From Promethearchaeota archaeon (lineage in GTDB: Archaea > Asgardarchaeota > Hermodarchaeia > Hermodarchaeales > Hermodarchaeaceae): 17,805 nucleotides of DNA. The notes below the pieces were generated by a model, which made no database searches, had not been told where the DNA came from, and was given only the letters and a program-made list of their open reading frames with translations. Shown piece after piece: positions 1 to 9,398 of this stretch; the stretch's first letter is position 1, and the number at the start of each line of letters is the position of its first letter. The position numbers were made by a program, and so were the translations under genes. The stretch spans positions 1 through 17,805 of the forward strand of contig JBHLPR010000038.1 of NCBI GenBank assembly GCA_048939245.1, in the 5' to 3' direction.

Positions 1-10
1 GAAGCAAGGC

Positions 11-18
11 TTTATATA
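11..18 (+). promoter_or_regulatory. Archaeal TATA box (TTTATATA) for the first SSB gene
   Basis: TTTATATA at 11-18 preceded by purine-rich GAAGCAAGG (BRE-like). It implies a start site near 40 and a ~110-nt 5' leader. Confidence 0.6.
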
Positions 19-150
19 CTGGCGTTGGATTGGCTGGTGTATCAGCACCGAAATGTGAATTGTGGTTGGGCGAGATTCCAGATATGGTTGAGCCCCGAGT
101 TACGTTCTCTTTTGGGAAGCCTGATTTGATTTAGATATGTGGTACCGAAA

Positions 151-654
151 ATGAGCTACGATCGAGAGCCTGTTGAGGCAACAGTCGCAGATTTGCGACC
201 CCGTATGAAAAGTTTGAACATCACCTTCAAGGTCGTCGAAAAAGGTGAAGAACGTGAAGTCACCTCCCGTCGTGACGGCGAAACGCATCGCGTATTAGAT
301 GCCGTGGCCGGCGACTCCACGGGCACCGTGGTCTTAAGTCTGTGGGACGACATGATTGACACAGTAGAAGCAGAAAAAAGCTACCGACTAGAAAATGGTT
401 ATACCAGCTTATTCCAAGGACATCTCCGATTAAACATCGGACGTTACGGTGAACTCAAAGACGCAGAAACTGAAGTTGACGAAATCGATATGGATAATGA
501 CCTCTCTGCCGCTGAACACGAACGCCCACCTCGTCGCTCCTACGGCGGTTACAGCCGTCGAAGCTATGGCGGTGGTGGAGGAGGCAGAGACTATCGTCGC
601 GGTGGCGGCGGCTCACGGCGTGGTAGCCGAGACCGCGGACGCAGCCGTTACTAA
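151..654 (+). CDS. ssb: Single-stranded DNA-binding protein (crenarchaeal-type single OB fold) with acidic linker and Gly/Arg/Ser/Tyr-rich C-terminal tail
   Basis: OB-fold motifs VADLRP..LNITFKV, HRVLDAVAGDSTGTVVLSLWDD, LENGYTSLFQGHLRLNIGRYG. Tail RRSYGGYSRRSYGGGGGGRDYRRGGGGSRRGSRDRGRSRY. ATG at 151 preferred over GTG at 139. Confidence 0.92.
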   Translation: MSYDREPVEATVADLRPRMKSLNITFKVVEKGEEREVTSRRDGETHRVLDAVAGDSTGTVVLSLWDDMIDTVEAEKSYRLENGYTSLFQGHLRLNIGRYGELKDAETEVDEIDMDNDLSAAEHERPPRRSYGGYSRRSYGGGGGGRDYRRGGGGSRRGSRDRGRSRY

Positions 655-672
655 AACCAAATTAATGCAAAC

Positions 673-721
673 GGAGGTTCAGCCACAATAATCTGGCCTA
701 GCCTCCAATTTCTTCTTTTTT
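673..721 (+). terminator. Hairpin plus U-tract terminator after ssb
   Basis: Imperfect stem GGAGGTTCAGCCA...TGGCCTAGCCTCC (673-706) followed by AATTTCTTCTTTTTT. Confidence 0.6.
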
Positions 722-750
722 AGAATTTACTTGTAGACTAAGATCAATAT

Positions 751-1221
751 TTAGTCAGATTTTCGGTCAATTCGTGACCATTTAAACCCACGGCTCCGGC
801 GAACTGGCACTTCTCGCCGAGTGTTGGATTTTTTATGACCCTTCGAACGAGTGGATGCAGGATGCGTTTTTGCTGATAGATTTCGCTTGGTATTTACTTC
901 AGGTATAGTATGCTCAGATAGCTCGAGTTTTCCATTTCGTCCTAAGCTTACTTGAATATGGCCTTGAAACAGTCCTGATTGTCCGTTGACAAGTCGGAAA
1001 GCTTTCCCGTCTTCGACTTGTGAAATCTCATCATCCCAGAGTGTAAGGCGCATCAATCCAGTTTCATCCCCGATGAGGATATCTGCAACACGGTGGTTCG
1101 AATCGTCATGTCGGCTTTTCACTTTGCGAACGGCTTCAGTCTTGATGACCTGAAAATGTATCGTAATTCCTCGTTGAAAGGGTTGAAGGTTTTCTAATTT
1201 CTGTGTACTTGCATTTGGCAC
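751..1221 (-). CDS. Second SSB-like single OB-fold paralog with basic K/R-rich tail
   Basis: LENLQP..ITIHFQV, HRVADILIGDETGLMRLTLWDD, LVNGQSGLFQGHIQVSLGRNG align with the first SSB. GTG start. Confidence 0.88.
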   Translation of the reverse strand: MPNASTQKLENLQPFQRGITIHFQVIKTEAVRKVKSRHDDSNHRVADILIGDETGLMRLTLWDDEISQVEDGKAFRLVNGQSGLFQGHIQVSLGRNGKLELSEHTIPEVNTKRNLSAKTHPASTRSKGHKKSNTRREVPVRRSRGFKWSRIDRKSD

Positions 1222-1666
1222 TACAATGACCTTTGGTTAGTTTGCTAATCTGAAGTTCAGAAAGCCTCCGAGACCCACAGACTAACCAGAAATTATTAGA
1301 TAGCAGTCAAGAGCCGCGTAACTTCTTAATAACCAGACTAGCGGAGCAATTCGCAACATCCTTTAAATATCTAACCGACTTCAAGACCGGCTAAGAGCTA
1401 AAATACACAGAAATACAGAGTGCTTAGTCCATTCATCTGATCTATCTAATGTTTATAACAACATGCTAAATTGAGCCGCTATTTTGTCTCAAAGCACCCT
1501 AAAAAATTACGTGTTCGAATTGAGCATTATTTCTGAAATGAAAATAGATTCTTGAAAAATTAACTTCTGTCTGCGGAAAAAGGAATAAAACAGGCTAGTT
1601 TCCGTTTGAATTCGAACCACATGGTTTCTATAATCTTTTATCATGAGATTTTTTGTTGAATAATGG

Positions 1667-2872
1667 GTGAACCCCATGGTATCTCGTGTTCCCCAGCTCA
1701 TTGGTTTTTTTCTTCTTTGCTCCGTGTTATTCGTCTTACCTTTCTCCCCTGCAACCGTAACAGGTCATTCATATTCGAACATTTGGCCCACTCAAGAATG
1801 GACTACAGCGACACCAGATTCTCAAGGGATTAATGGTACACGGTTGCAGGAGATGGAAACGGCGATTTCAAGTAGAATTTGGCGAAATGATATCATCTCA
1901 TTACTCATTGTCCGAAACGGTCACTTAGTGTATGAAAACTACTTTGGCGATCCCGACCGTGTGAATATTGCAAACGAGATTCACTCCTGTACAAAAAGTG
2001 TCACATCGATCCTGGTGGGTATTGCCCTCGCCCAAGGTCTCATCAGCAGTGTAGACGATTATGTGTTGGACTATTTCCCCGACCGTACTTTCGATAATAT
2101 GGATGAACGAAAAGAAGCCATTACTATTCGGCACCTTCTTACCATGACCTCAGGACTCCCCTGGGACGAATCATCTTATCCCTGGGGGCACCCCCTTAAC
2201 GATTACAGCGCTATTGTCAACAGTAGCGATTGGGTACAATGGATGCTCAACCGCTCCATGGAACATGCACCAGGCGAAGTGTGGACCTATAATACAGGAG
2301 GAGCCCATGTTCTTTCCGCCATTGTGTCTGAAGCCTCAGGAATGAACACCACCACTTTTGCAGATGAATTTCTTTTCACCCCGTTAGGCATCACGTGGTT
2401 TGTGTGGCCTGGAGATTCCAATGGTCACGCTATGGGAGGCTCTGATCTCTACCTGATTCCACGCTTCATGGCAAAGATTGGTTATCTCATGTTACGCGGA
2501 GGTCAATGGGAAGACCAACAGGTTGTACCAACCTCCTGGGTGCTAGAATCCTCTGCCAACCATCATAATTTCATCCCAAATAGCCCGAATTCCGATGGAT
2601 ACGGGTACCTGTGGTGGACCTATCCCCTTTTAGGCGCCTATTGTGCTCGTGGCTATTTAGGTCAATATATTTGGATTATTCCTGGCTACGACCTTGTTAT
2701 TGTTATCACAGGTAATAATAATGCCATCGAAGACCACTGGATTGTAGAACAGCACATCATTCCTGCAACCACGCCAGTCCCAGCAATTAATCCTGTTATC
2801 GTCCTTGTCCCAATCGGAGTAGGAATTAGCATTGTAGTGATAGTGAGTATTGTATATTGGAAACGTCGTTAA
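1667..2872 (+). CDS. Membrane-anchored serine hydrolase, beta-lactamase class C / NylB-like family
   Basis: SxxK motif SCTK, HLLTMTSG, PGEVWTYNT, GYGYLWW and ARGYLGQ motifs. N-terminal signal-like segment and C-terminal TM helix ending WKRR. ATG at 1676 is an alternative start. Confidence 0.9.
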   Translation: MNPMVSRVPQLIGFFLLCSVLFVLPFSPATVTGHSYSNIWPTQEWTTATPDSQGINGTRLQEMETAISSRIWRNDIISLLIVRNGHLVYENYFGDPDRVNIANEIHSCTKSVTSILVGIALAQGLISSVDDYVLDYFPDRTFDNMDERKEAITIRHLLTMTSGLPWDESSYPWGHPLNDYSAIVNSSDWVQWMLNRSMEHAPGEVWTYNTGGAHVLSAIVSEASGMNTTTFADEFLFTPLGITWFVWPGDSNGHAMGGSDLYLIPRFMAKIGYLMLRGGQWEDQQVVPTSWVLESSANHHNFIPNSPNSDGYGYLWWTYPLLGAYCARGYLGQYIWIIPGYDLVIVITGNNNAIEDHWIVEQHIIPATTPVPAINPVIVLVPIGVGISIVVIVSIVYWKRR

Positions 2873-2938
2873 CACTAACTAGTCGTTACCTTTACAGAAA
2901 AGATTTAACCTGGGAATTCTCTCAACTCGTTTAGAGGA

Positions 2939-3310
2939 ATGGTGATGTCAAGGCGTGAGGTAGATTCTTGGCCAGAAGAACTCATCCTTATCCCCATAAT
3001 CTTCACGTTGAGTGGGATTTTTTTCACTCTCATGGTAGCCACGCCTTCTCTACCGCCTCCCTACTACATTCTCCTCAACTCACTCTATGGAAGTCTAGGA
3101 GTAATTTTCATTGCCATCGGTGTCTGGCAACTTTGCTGCCTTCGAATCGTCATCCAAGCCAAAAAATACAATGAAGAACCAGATTATCAAAGTACCAATC
3201 GAACTTTTTTCATCGCCTTTCTTCTCCTTCTCCTCATACTCTTCGCTCTCAACTTAAGCAATAGCTTTATGATTGGAATTCCAGTTCCACCCCCTCTCCC
3301 ACCGCTCTAG
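2939..3310 (+). CDS. Small integral membrane protein (about 3 TM helices), unknown function
   Basis: Three hydrophobic stretches, proline-rich C-terminus, GAGGA upstream of the ATG. Confidence 0.7.
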   Translation: MVMSRREVDSWPEELILIPIIFTLSGIFFTLMVATPSLPPPYYILLNSLYGSLGVIFIAIGVWQLCCLRIVIQAKKYNEEPDYQSTNRTFFIAFLLLLLILFALNLSNSFMIGIPVPPPLPPL

Positions 3311-3351
3311 AAGCATCGAATTCCTGAGTCATTTTGCCATTCGAATTTAGG

Positions 3352-4140
3352 TTACTTCCGCCCAACAACAAAAAAGATGGACGCACTAGCAACCCCAGTT
3401 TCTTTTGCGCGGAGTTTGAGCTTTTCAGCTTCCGCCACGATTTCTGGCAATCTTTCGCTAGATTTCAACCGGTCAAGTGTCTTATCCATGCCTTTGAGAA
3501 AAGACGCGATTATGGATTCAGATTTAGGATCTTCACATTCAAAGCGTTGCGAACAAAAAAGGCAGTACACACGACGCGAAGAATCCAAGACCTCTAAGTT
3601 AGTGAAGCGAAGCGCTTCAAGCATGTTCACGATTTGATTTTGCGTCATGGTCTCGTGATGGGTGATTCCCTGCACGCGATCGATTTTTGCGGTCCAATGA
3701 TGTTCTAAAATATCAGTGTGTTGAGCATCAGTTTGTTTGCCATCACGATACATTTCTTCAACAAGGAAATGCCCACCTGGCTTGAGCACCCGATTCATCT
3801 CGGACAAAACCTTTGGCACATTAGCTAAATGATGCAAAGAATTCGCAATACACACAGTATCGAAGGAGGCATCTGCAAAGCCCAGATGATTCGCATCCAT
3901 CTCCATGAACTGGACCGGCTGTTTCTGAAATGTTTCTTGGGCTTTTTCCAAATCCTTGCTTGTGACATCAATGCCAATAAAATTGTCATAGGATTCCAAT
4001 GCCTTCATGAGTGCCTCGATAAAGTTGCCTTTACCGGTCCCTACGTCTAAGACTCGTCCTCCTGAAATTCTGGAAAGGCACTCTGCAATTGCCAGAGCAC
4101 CAGATGCTTCCAGATTCGGTAAGGCTTTCAAGACTCTCAC
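3352..4140 (-). CDS. Class I SAM-dependent methyltransferase (UbiE/Methyltransf_11/31-like)
   Basis: VLDVGTGKG motif I, GIDV, MDA, FADASFDTV, LHH, EMNRVLKPGG. Also a CLFC..FEC cluster. The true start is uncertain. Confidence 0.9.
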   Translation of the reverse strand: MRVLKALPNLEASGALAIAECLSRISGGRVLDVGTGKGNFIEALMKALESYDNFIGIDVTSKDLEKAQETFQKQPVQFMEMDANHLGFADASFDTVCIANSLHHLANVPKVLSEMNRVLKPGGHFLVEEMYRDGKQTDAQHTDILEHHWTAKIDRVQGITHHETMTQNQIVNMLEALRFTNLEVLDSSRRVYCLFCSQRFECEDPKSESIIASFLKGMDKTLDRLKSSERLPEIVAEAEKLKLRAKETGVASASIFFVVGRK

Positions 4141-4213
4141 CAGATAATGCTATTATCAAAAGAAGTCGGATTCTAATTCTTTATGCACAGAAAGCACCTA
4201 TCTAATAAAGATA

Positions 4214-4867
4214 CTAGTCGGGTAGATGGATAGCGAACGTGCACTCGTCACCACCGTTGACAATTGTGGTGATAACTTCAACGCGAACGGGTTTGCCCAG
4301 GATGCCTTCCCAGAGGGTTTTATACCAGCCAGAGCCGCAGAAACAGAAGGTCTTGGAAATGGGAGTCGGTGAGGCTTTCACCCATCCACAATGGCAGTAG
4401 GCACGCCGTTTAGCTTCAGGCGTGGTTGAGGCTTCAAAGCGCTGGGGAGCGTAGGGGATTTTGGTTACATAGATAATATTTCCTGCACGCTTTGGATATT
4501 CATAATAGGATAAGCCATACCAAGAACTATCCGTCTGCATGTATTTCAAGAGTTCATCAATATCGCCGTGTCGTTCATATTCCCGTTTGAGTTTCTTAAT
4601 ACGAGCCTGCGGAAAGCGATGAGAACAGCATTGCATGATTTGCTGTCGAGTGCTCTCATCATCGACTAGGGCATCGAGCCTTTCCATTGCCCCTTTCATC
4701 CAATTCGCTTTTCGCTTCGGACTACTTCGAGCAGAAACCGGCTGCCCATCGTCGAATACCTTTTGGGCACCAGATCGGCCAACAAATTGTTCAAGCGCCG
4801 CCTTGAATTTATCCAACCAGGTCATACCCAGTTGGTGCGTATATGTCTTTATAAACGCAGTTGCCAA
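4214..4867 (-). CDS. Cys-rich hypothetical protein with V4R-like C-terminus (DUF6144-like)
   Basis: YCHCGWVK, FCFCGSGWYKTLWEGILGKPVRVEV and GGDECTFAIHLP resemble V4R/DUF6144 proteins. The family name is from recall, not a search. Confidence 0.7.
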   Translation of the reverse strand: MATAFIKTYTHQLGMTWLDKFKAALEQFVGRSGAQKVFDDGQPVSARSSPKRKANWMKGAMERLDALVDDESTRQQIMQCCSHRFPQARIKKLKREYERHGDIDELLKYMQTDSSWYGLSYYEYPKRAGNIIYVTKIPYAPQRFEASTTPEAKRRAYCHCGWVKASPTPISKTFCFCGSGWYKTLWEGILGKPVRVEVITTIVNGGDECTFAIHLPD

Positions 4868-4928
4868 CCAGCGAATAGATTCTTGAAGACAAACATAATA
4901 TCAAGCCACAAAGGAGATCAGGAAGAGC

Positions 4929-5423
4929 ATGTCACAAAACAGATTATGTATTTTTATTGACGCCGGCAATGTGTTTCATGCGGCAGATGCACTCAAAATC
5001 CGGGTCGATTTTGCGCAACTTGTTACCGAATTGACTGGTGACCGAAAACTCATTCAAGCCTACTATTATGGCGCCAGTGCCAACACACCCACTCAACAAC
5101 GCTTTTTCGATAAATTAGGGCATTTAGGGTTCGAAGTCAAGACGTTGCCCCTCCGACAATATCAGGGTACGCCTTTTGAGAAAGGCATTGATGTGATGCT
5201 CGTCACCGACATGCTCACTTTTGCCCACCATGATACCTATGACATTGCCCTCCTCGTTTCAGGCGACAAAGACTTCACCTATCCTGTCCAAAGCATCCAA
5301 ACAATGGGAAAAGTCGTCGAAGTTGCCGCTTTCGAACACGCCTTTGCCAAGGAACTCCGACAAGCTGCAGACACCACTATCCTCCTCAATCATCTCATTC
5401 CCAAAATCCAACGACCAAAATAA
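4929..5423 (+). CDS. NYN (LabA/DUF88) PIN-fold putative RNase
   Basis: IFIDAGN, YYY, EKGIDVMLVTDML, LVSGDKDF, GKVVEV and ELRQAAD are the characteristic NYN motifs. Confidence 0.92.
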   Translation: MSQNRLCIFIDAGNVFHAADALKIRVDFAQLVTELTGDRKLIQAYYYGASANTPTQQRFFDKLGHLGFEVKTLPLRQYQGTPFEKGIDVMLVTDMLTFAHHDTYDIALLVSGDKDFTYPVQSIQTMGKVVEVAAFEHAFAKELRQAADTTILLNHLIPKIQRPK

Positions 5424-5515
5424 GCGGCTGAAAAAAAAGAGCCATTCAAAAAGGAATCTACTTGGTCAGCATGATTTTAGTCGGTGACTATCAAATACAA
5501 AGAAAAAAATGACGG

Positions 5516-5944
5516 CTATAGCGTAGGTTCGGGAGGTGAAAGGAGAAGAAATAGATCTTGTGAGGGAGGATCTTCTACTACTGTCCACGCATTCCATACC
5601 CCTTCTTCCGCGATGATTGCTAGGCGAAATCCTGCATGACTTAGCTTGAGGAGATATTCTAAATGACGAATCTGGTCACGCAATACTTTCTGTAATTGTG
5701 GAGTATGATTGGGAGACTGGTCGTTAGCAGCTCCTGTAACACTCAAATCGTGCACCCAAGTAGGGAAGGATACTTCGACAATGATTTTGCAACTAGCGGA
5801 GCGCTGTGGAAGCTGGGCAAAAATGACTTGAACCCAATCCGTTTCGTAGATAGGGAGAACACGTTCATCTTCATGTTCAACACCGCTCATCTTCGATTGG
5901 GTCATTAGGTCTTTATGCGCTTGCAGAAACTCCGAATACTTCAT
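5516..5944 (-). CDS. Hypothetical protein
   Basis: 142-aa ATG-started ORF with GGAG upstream and no conflicting long ORF. Confidence 0.7.
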   Translation of the reverse strand: MKYSEFLQAHKDLMTQSKMSGVEHEDERVLPIYETDWVQVIFAQLPQRSASCKIIVEVSFPTWVHDLSVTGAANDQSPNHTPQLQKVLRDQIRHLEYLLKLSHAGFRLAIIAEEGVWNAWTVVEDPPSQDLFLLLSPPEPTL

Positions 5945-5994
5945 TGCTTTACTCCCAATTCTCGCTTACTCGAGTCCAGACCTTTCCGTTGGTT

Positions 5995-6027
5995 AAAAAA
6001 CGGATGGAGGGGAGGCTAGGCCTCCCC
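5995..6027 (-). terminator. Hairpin plus U-tract terminator after 6056..6832
   Basis: Perfect 8-bp stem GGGGAGGC-CTA-GCCTCCCC on the minus strand, followed by TCCATCCGTTTTTT. Confidence 0.65.
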
Positions 6028-6055
6028 AGATAGATTACGAAGAGGTCTGAAGTCA

Positions 6056-6832
6056 CTATGGTCCTACTTTCTTCGGTCGGAGAAGAAGAACAAGACCGAG
6101 AATGAGGATGATAACCGCGACACCAATAATGGCGAAGGCAATGGTTTCAATTGGTATAATTCTAAGACCACCATTTTCATGATTTACACCATTTCCACCA
6201 TTTTCGACAGGTCTTCTATCAACTGTGTCACTGACGACAATTTCATCGATCCATGTCCCTGGCTCGCACTCGACGTAAAAGTATTCTGAAGACGAAAGAG
6301 TAGTATCTTGAGTATACATAACAAGGTCATCTTCAATCCAGATGTGAATAAAGTCGGTTTCATTACGTGTTATCACAACGGATACCGACCCCTCCAGATA
6401 CTCATAGCTTCGTCGTAACGGACGAAAGGCCCCGCCACTTTGTCGGATTATACGCCAGCAACCTTCAGTAGGATCACGGACAAAGGCGTACCCATTATCT
6501 GGCCAATTAGAAGACGGATTGATATCTGAGGCCATGAAGAAGATGATAATACGATCAGTAAAACCTCCCGTCGCATCGGGGTTGCATTCGAAACTCCATG
6601 TGCCCATTGCCACTGAGCTGCCATAAGTGACATCGTTGAAGGACTCATCACCAGAACCTTCGAGCCGATTGCCAGCGCAGGTGAAAGCACCACGAAGTAT
6701 GGTCCAACCAGGTGGGAGCACTCCTCCATCAAAATTTTCAGACCATGGTTGCGCCAGAGACGGCGAAATAGTGGCTAGGCTAAGAATGCCCAGCAGGACT
6801 CCAAGAGCTACAATTTTCCATTTCAACTTCAT
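6056..6832 (-). CDS. Secreted, C-terminally anchored protein with probable beta-sandwich (concanavalin/lectin-like) domain
   Basis: Signal peptide MKLKWKIVALGVLLGILSLA, WSENFDGG..GWTI, GTWSFE, IDEIVVSD, low-complexity linker, TM helix and RPKK. The fold is inferred. Confidence 0.75.
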   Translation of the reverse strand: MKLKWKIVALGVLLGILSLATISPSLAQPWSENFDGGVLPPGWTILRGAFTCAGNRLEGSGDESFNDVTYGSSVAMGTWSFECNPDATGGFTDRIIIFFMASDINPSSNWPDNGYAFVRDPTEGCWRIIRQSGGAFRPLRRSYEYLEGSVSVVITRNETDFIHIWIEDDLVMYTQDTTLSSSEYFYVECEPGTWIDEIVVSDTVDRRPVENGGNGVNHENGGLRIIPIETIAFAIIGVAVIILILGLVLLLRPKKVGP

Positions 6833-7156
6833 TGATAACTACTTCCTGGGGGTCTCCTTTCCAATCGTAAAGGCAATCCCACCAGATGAAGGGCGATGAA
6901 TTGTGAGAGGATTTGTTAAATGTCTCTAGAAACCTTGTTCAATTCCTTCAAGGCGCTATTTGCCTCCAAGGCTTGACCCCATCGATTCCAAAAAGGCATC
7001 AACTAGGATAAAAGACCGCGTAACCACAAGAATTAACAAAAATACGAAAACATGCCTCGAAATCGATTTTTTCGAAACCAACAGGGTGATAAACGGAAAT
7101 TAGTTAATCCGTTCAAAGGAATCACGTGGTGTGTAATCAAGTCCTGTGGTGCAAAA

Positions 7157-8149
7157 TTAAAATTCCACGCGATGATTAGCCACGTCCACCCCAACCAGTT
7201 TGGCCAAGCGAATGTGACCAAGTCCAACAAAAAATGTCTGCGGCCGCACAATAACTGACCCCACTCGCTTTGCGAACTCCGCCTTTTTCGTCTTATTCGT
7301 GATGGCGTCAACTGTTTGCATATCTTTTGCCGTACAAAAATGGAGTAGCCTGGGTTGGTTAGCAAACAACCAGGTATTCCAGTATTCGAAGGGATTGTGT
7401 TCCATCACCCATCTTGTAATCTCATGAGGAGACGCCTTGGTTTCATCAAAATCGACGACGATATTAAACGGGATTACACCACCAGCACTCATCTTGGTAA
7501 AGATGGTGAAATACAGTCCACCCCCGTTTATCAGCTCCTGAAGCACTTGTCGGACGCGTCGTGCAGAGAGGTTAATCTCTTTAGCAATCTCTATAGCTGA
7601 TACCCGCGCATCATCCAAGAGGCTGCGAAGAACCTGTAATTGGGGCTTGGTGAAGGTAACTTTGTTACCCCGATAGGTGTACTGAGAACCCGAGAGTAGG
7701 GGCGTTGGTGATACTGGATACATGAAATTAATCATCACTTCCTCCACGCTCTTCAGTCCTCGAAGGAAGCGTCCCAAGTCAAACAGTCCCACTGGGCCAA
7801 TGACTTGCCCAATCACCCAGATTCTTTGAGGACCAATCCTTAAGACAATAAACACCGAAGGGTGGGCACCGATTCGATCGTAGAAGGTTTCATCTTGTTC
7901 CATTCCATCCGTATTCACTTCGGCAATGCAATAATCGGCATCCATCGTGGCCAACGATAACAGCACGTAGGGTCGACTTAGGAACCCCTCTTCTCTGAGT
8001 AGGGTTACGCGTTTTTTCACACTGGTCGCTGTCAGCCCTAGTTTCTTGGCAATACCGCGATATGTTGCCCGACAATTCCCATAGAGCTCAACTAAAATAC
8101 CCTTATCCACTACGTCCAACGGCACCCTTTGAACACCCCAACCACTCAT
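7157..8149 (-). CDS. Lrp/AsnC-type transcriptional regulator with two wHTH + ligand-domain repeats
   Basis: LDVVDKGILVELYGNCRATYRGIAKKLGLTATSVKKRV and a second HTH QVLRSLLDDARVSAIEIAKEINLSARRVRQ. GGTGA RBS upstream of the ATG. Confidence 0.9.
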   Translation of the reverse strand: MSGWGVQRVPLDVVDKGILVELYGNCRATYRGIAKKLGLTATSVKKRVTLLREEGFLSRPYVLLSLATMDADYCIAEVNTDGMEQDETFYDRIGAHPSVFIVLRIGPQRIWVIGQVIGPVGLFDLGRFLRGLKSVEEVMINFMYPVSPTPLLSGSQYTYRGNKVTFTKPQLQVLRSLLDDARVSAIEIAKEINLSARRVRQVLQELINGGGLYFTIFTKMSAGGVIPFNIVVDFDETKASPHEITRWVMEHNPFEYWNTWLFANQPRLLHFCTAKDMQTVDAITNKTKKAEFAKRVGSVIVRPQTFFVGLGHIRLAKLVGVDVANHRVEF

Positions 8150-8287
8150 TATTCACCGTTAGGTAATAAATATCCAATAGTTGACCCACATACCAAGTAT
8201 TGTAAATCAGAAGATCAATGTCGCTCACACTGACAACCCCCAAAAGAAGAGAGATAGAGAAGACAAGCCGCCTAAACAATCGGCCAC

Positions 8288-8347
8288 TTATAAGCAGTAA
8301 TAGAAAACACAACCACCTTGCTCTCAGTATTCCTTTATCGTGACTCA
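8288..8347 (-). repeat. Actin 3'-end fragment, copy A (degenerate): *VTIKEY*EQGGCVFYYCL*
   Basis: 20 codons in exact register with copy B, with two internal TGA. Followed after 12 nt by TTAGGCGGC and a pyrimidine tract. Confidence 0.8.
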
Positions 8348-8418
8348 CAATCGCTCACCACCTCCAGACCAAGAGCATCAACCACGGTACATGGCGATTT
8401 TGAGCCATGCGAGAGATA

Positions 8419-9261
8419 TTAGGGTGTGAATTGGACGTGAACAAAGGATGCGATATTAAACCAGTCACTTAGCCGCATCATCATACGGGTTTTCCATTTC
8501 CATTTGGGATTCTTTGTGATGCGACTAAACATGGGAAACCAATCAAGGACTCGTAATCGTTGTGACCAGTGAGGAATTTGTTTCCGTGCGTTGCCCAATC
8601 CAAAGTGGAGGTCAATTCCTTCGATGCCATATGACTGAAAGCGTCGCCTAAGCAGACGAAGCCCCAACCTTGAGGGCATATCAAAGATGAGTTCGCCGTG
8701 TGGTAATTGAAGCGCCATCGTCTCAAGAAGCCTAGTCACTTCGTTTTCAGGGAAATAATGAAACAGCCCCCCAGCAAAACAGAGTATACCTTTCTCCGGA
8801 ATCACCCGAATGTCGTTCAGCCACGATGTATCAAACACCGACTTGGCGAGGTAAATATTCCGATTAGATTCTGGCAGTAGCTGCCGACGATATGCGATTG
8901 CCTCCGGCAAATCCAAATCATACCATAGGATGCGCCCATTATCGACTCGAAAAAAGGTTGTATCCAATCCACACCCGAGATTCACAATAGTTGTCGCTGG
9001 ATGGTCTTCGAGAAACCGTTTGATCACCTCATCAAAGGTTCGAGCGCGTATCAAAAATGTGAGTCCATAAAATTCGTCAACAAACTGCTCCATAGCGTCA
9101 AATTCTGCCTTGGCGTCTGGGTGTATTGCTTTCACCTGCTTAATTAGTTGAACCGATTGCTCATCGGCTAACAATTCCGGGTATTGCTGACTGTAGGTTG
9201 CCCTTGCCCATAAGGGACCTATCATCGTTGATTCAAGCTTTACCCTAACCTTCTCGGACAA
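8419..9261 (-). CDS. Class I SAM-dependent methyltransferase, LCM/TcmP-like
   Basis: TMIGPLWARA, IRARTFD, IVNLGCGLDT.F.R.DNG, WYDLDLPE, GGLFHYF, ELIFD. TTG start with GGAG upstream. Confidence 0.9.
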   Translation of the reverse strand: MSEKVRVKLESTMIGPLWARATYSQQYPELLADEQSVQLIKQVKAIHPDAKAEFDAMEQFVDEFYGLTFLIRARTFDEVIKRFLEDHPATTIVNLGCGLDTTFFRVDNGRILWYDLDLPEAIAYRRQLLPESNRNIYLAKSVFDTSWLNDIRVIPEKGILCFAGGLFHYFPENEVTRLLETMALQLPHGELIFDMPSRLGLRLLRRRFQSYGIEGIDLHFGLGNARKQIPHWSQRLRVLDWFPMFSRITKNPKWKWKTRMMMRLSDWFNIASFVHVQFTP

Positions 9262-9398
9262 AGAAAAAGTCTCCGTTCATTTTGTAACCCAATACCGTGG
9301 TAGTTTCTAACATATCAATTTAAAATTATTACAACGGCATAGTAGCCTATACATATCTAAGTTAGAGTTAAAGAGGAAGAGCTCATTAGTATGCGAAC

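Noticed and set aside
1667-2872. Calling the serine hydrolase or the MBL-fold protein an antibiotic-resistance beta-lactamase
   Set aside because: The motifs show fold membership only. Both families are broad hydrolase groups common in archaea.
7033-7365. Short overlapping or antisense ORFs here and throughout the track
   Set aside because: They are shadows of longer, motif-supported genes.
8324-8347. TGA recoding (Sec or Trp) suggested by TGA at the Trp position in copies A and E
   Set aside because: TGA terminates ordinary genes in this window (12147, 13643, 16910) and these fragments are decayed, so no recoding is supported.
9279-9290. Minus-strand TGG GTT ACA AAA (WVTK) resembling the start of the actin fragment
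   Set aside because: Only four codons, followed by a stop, with no downstream similarity. Compatible with chance.
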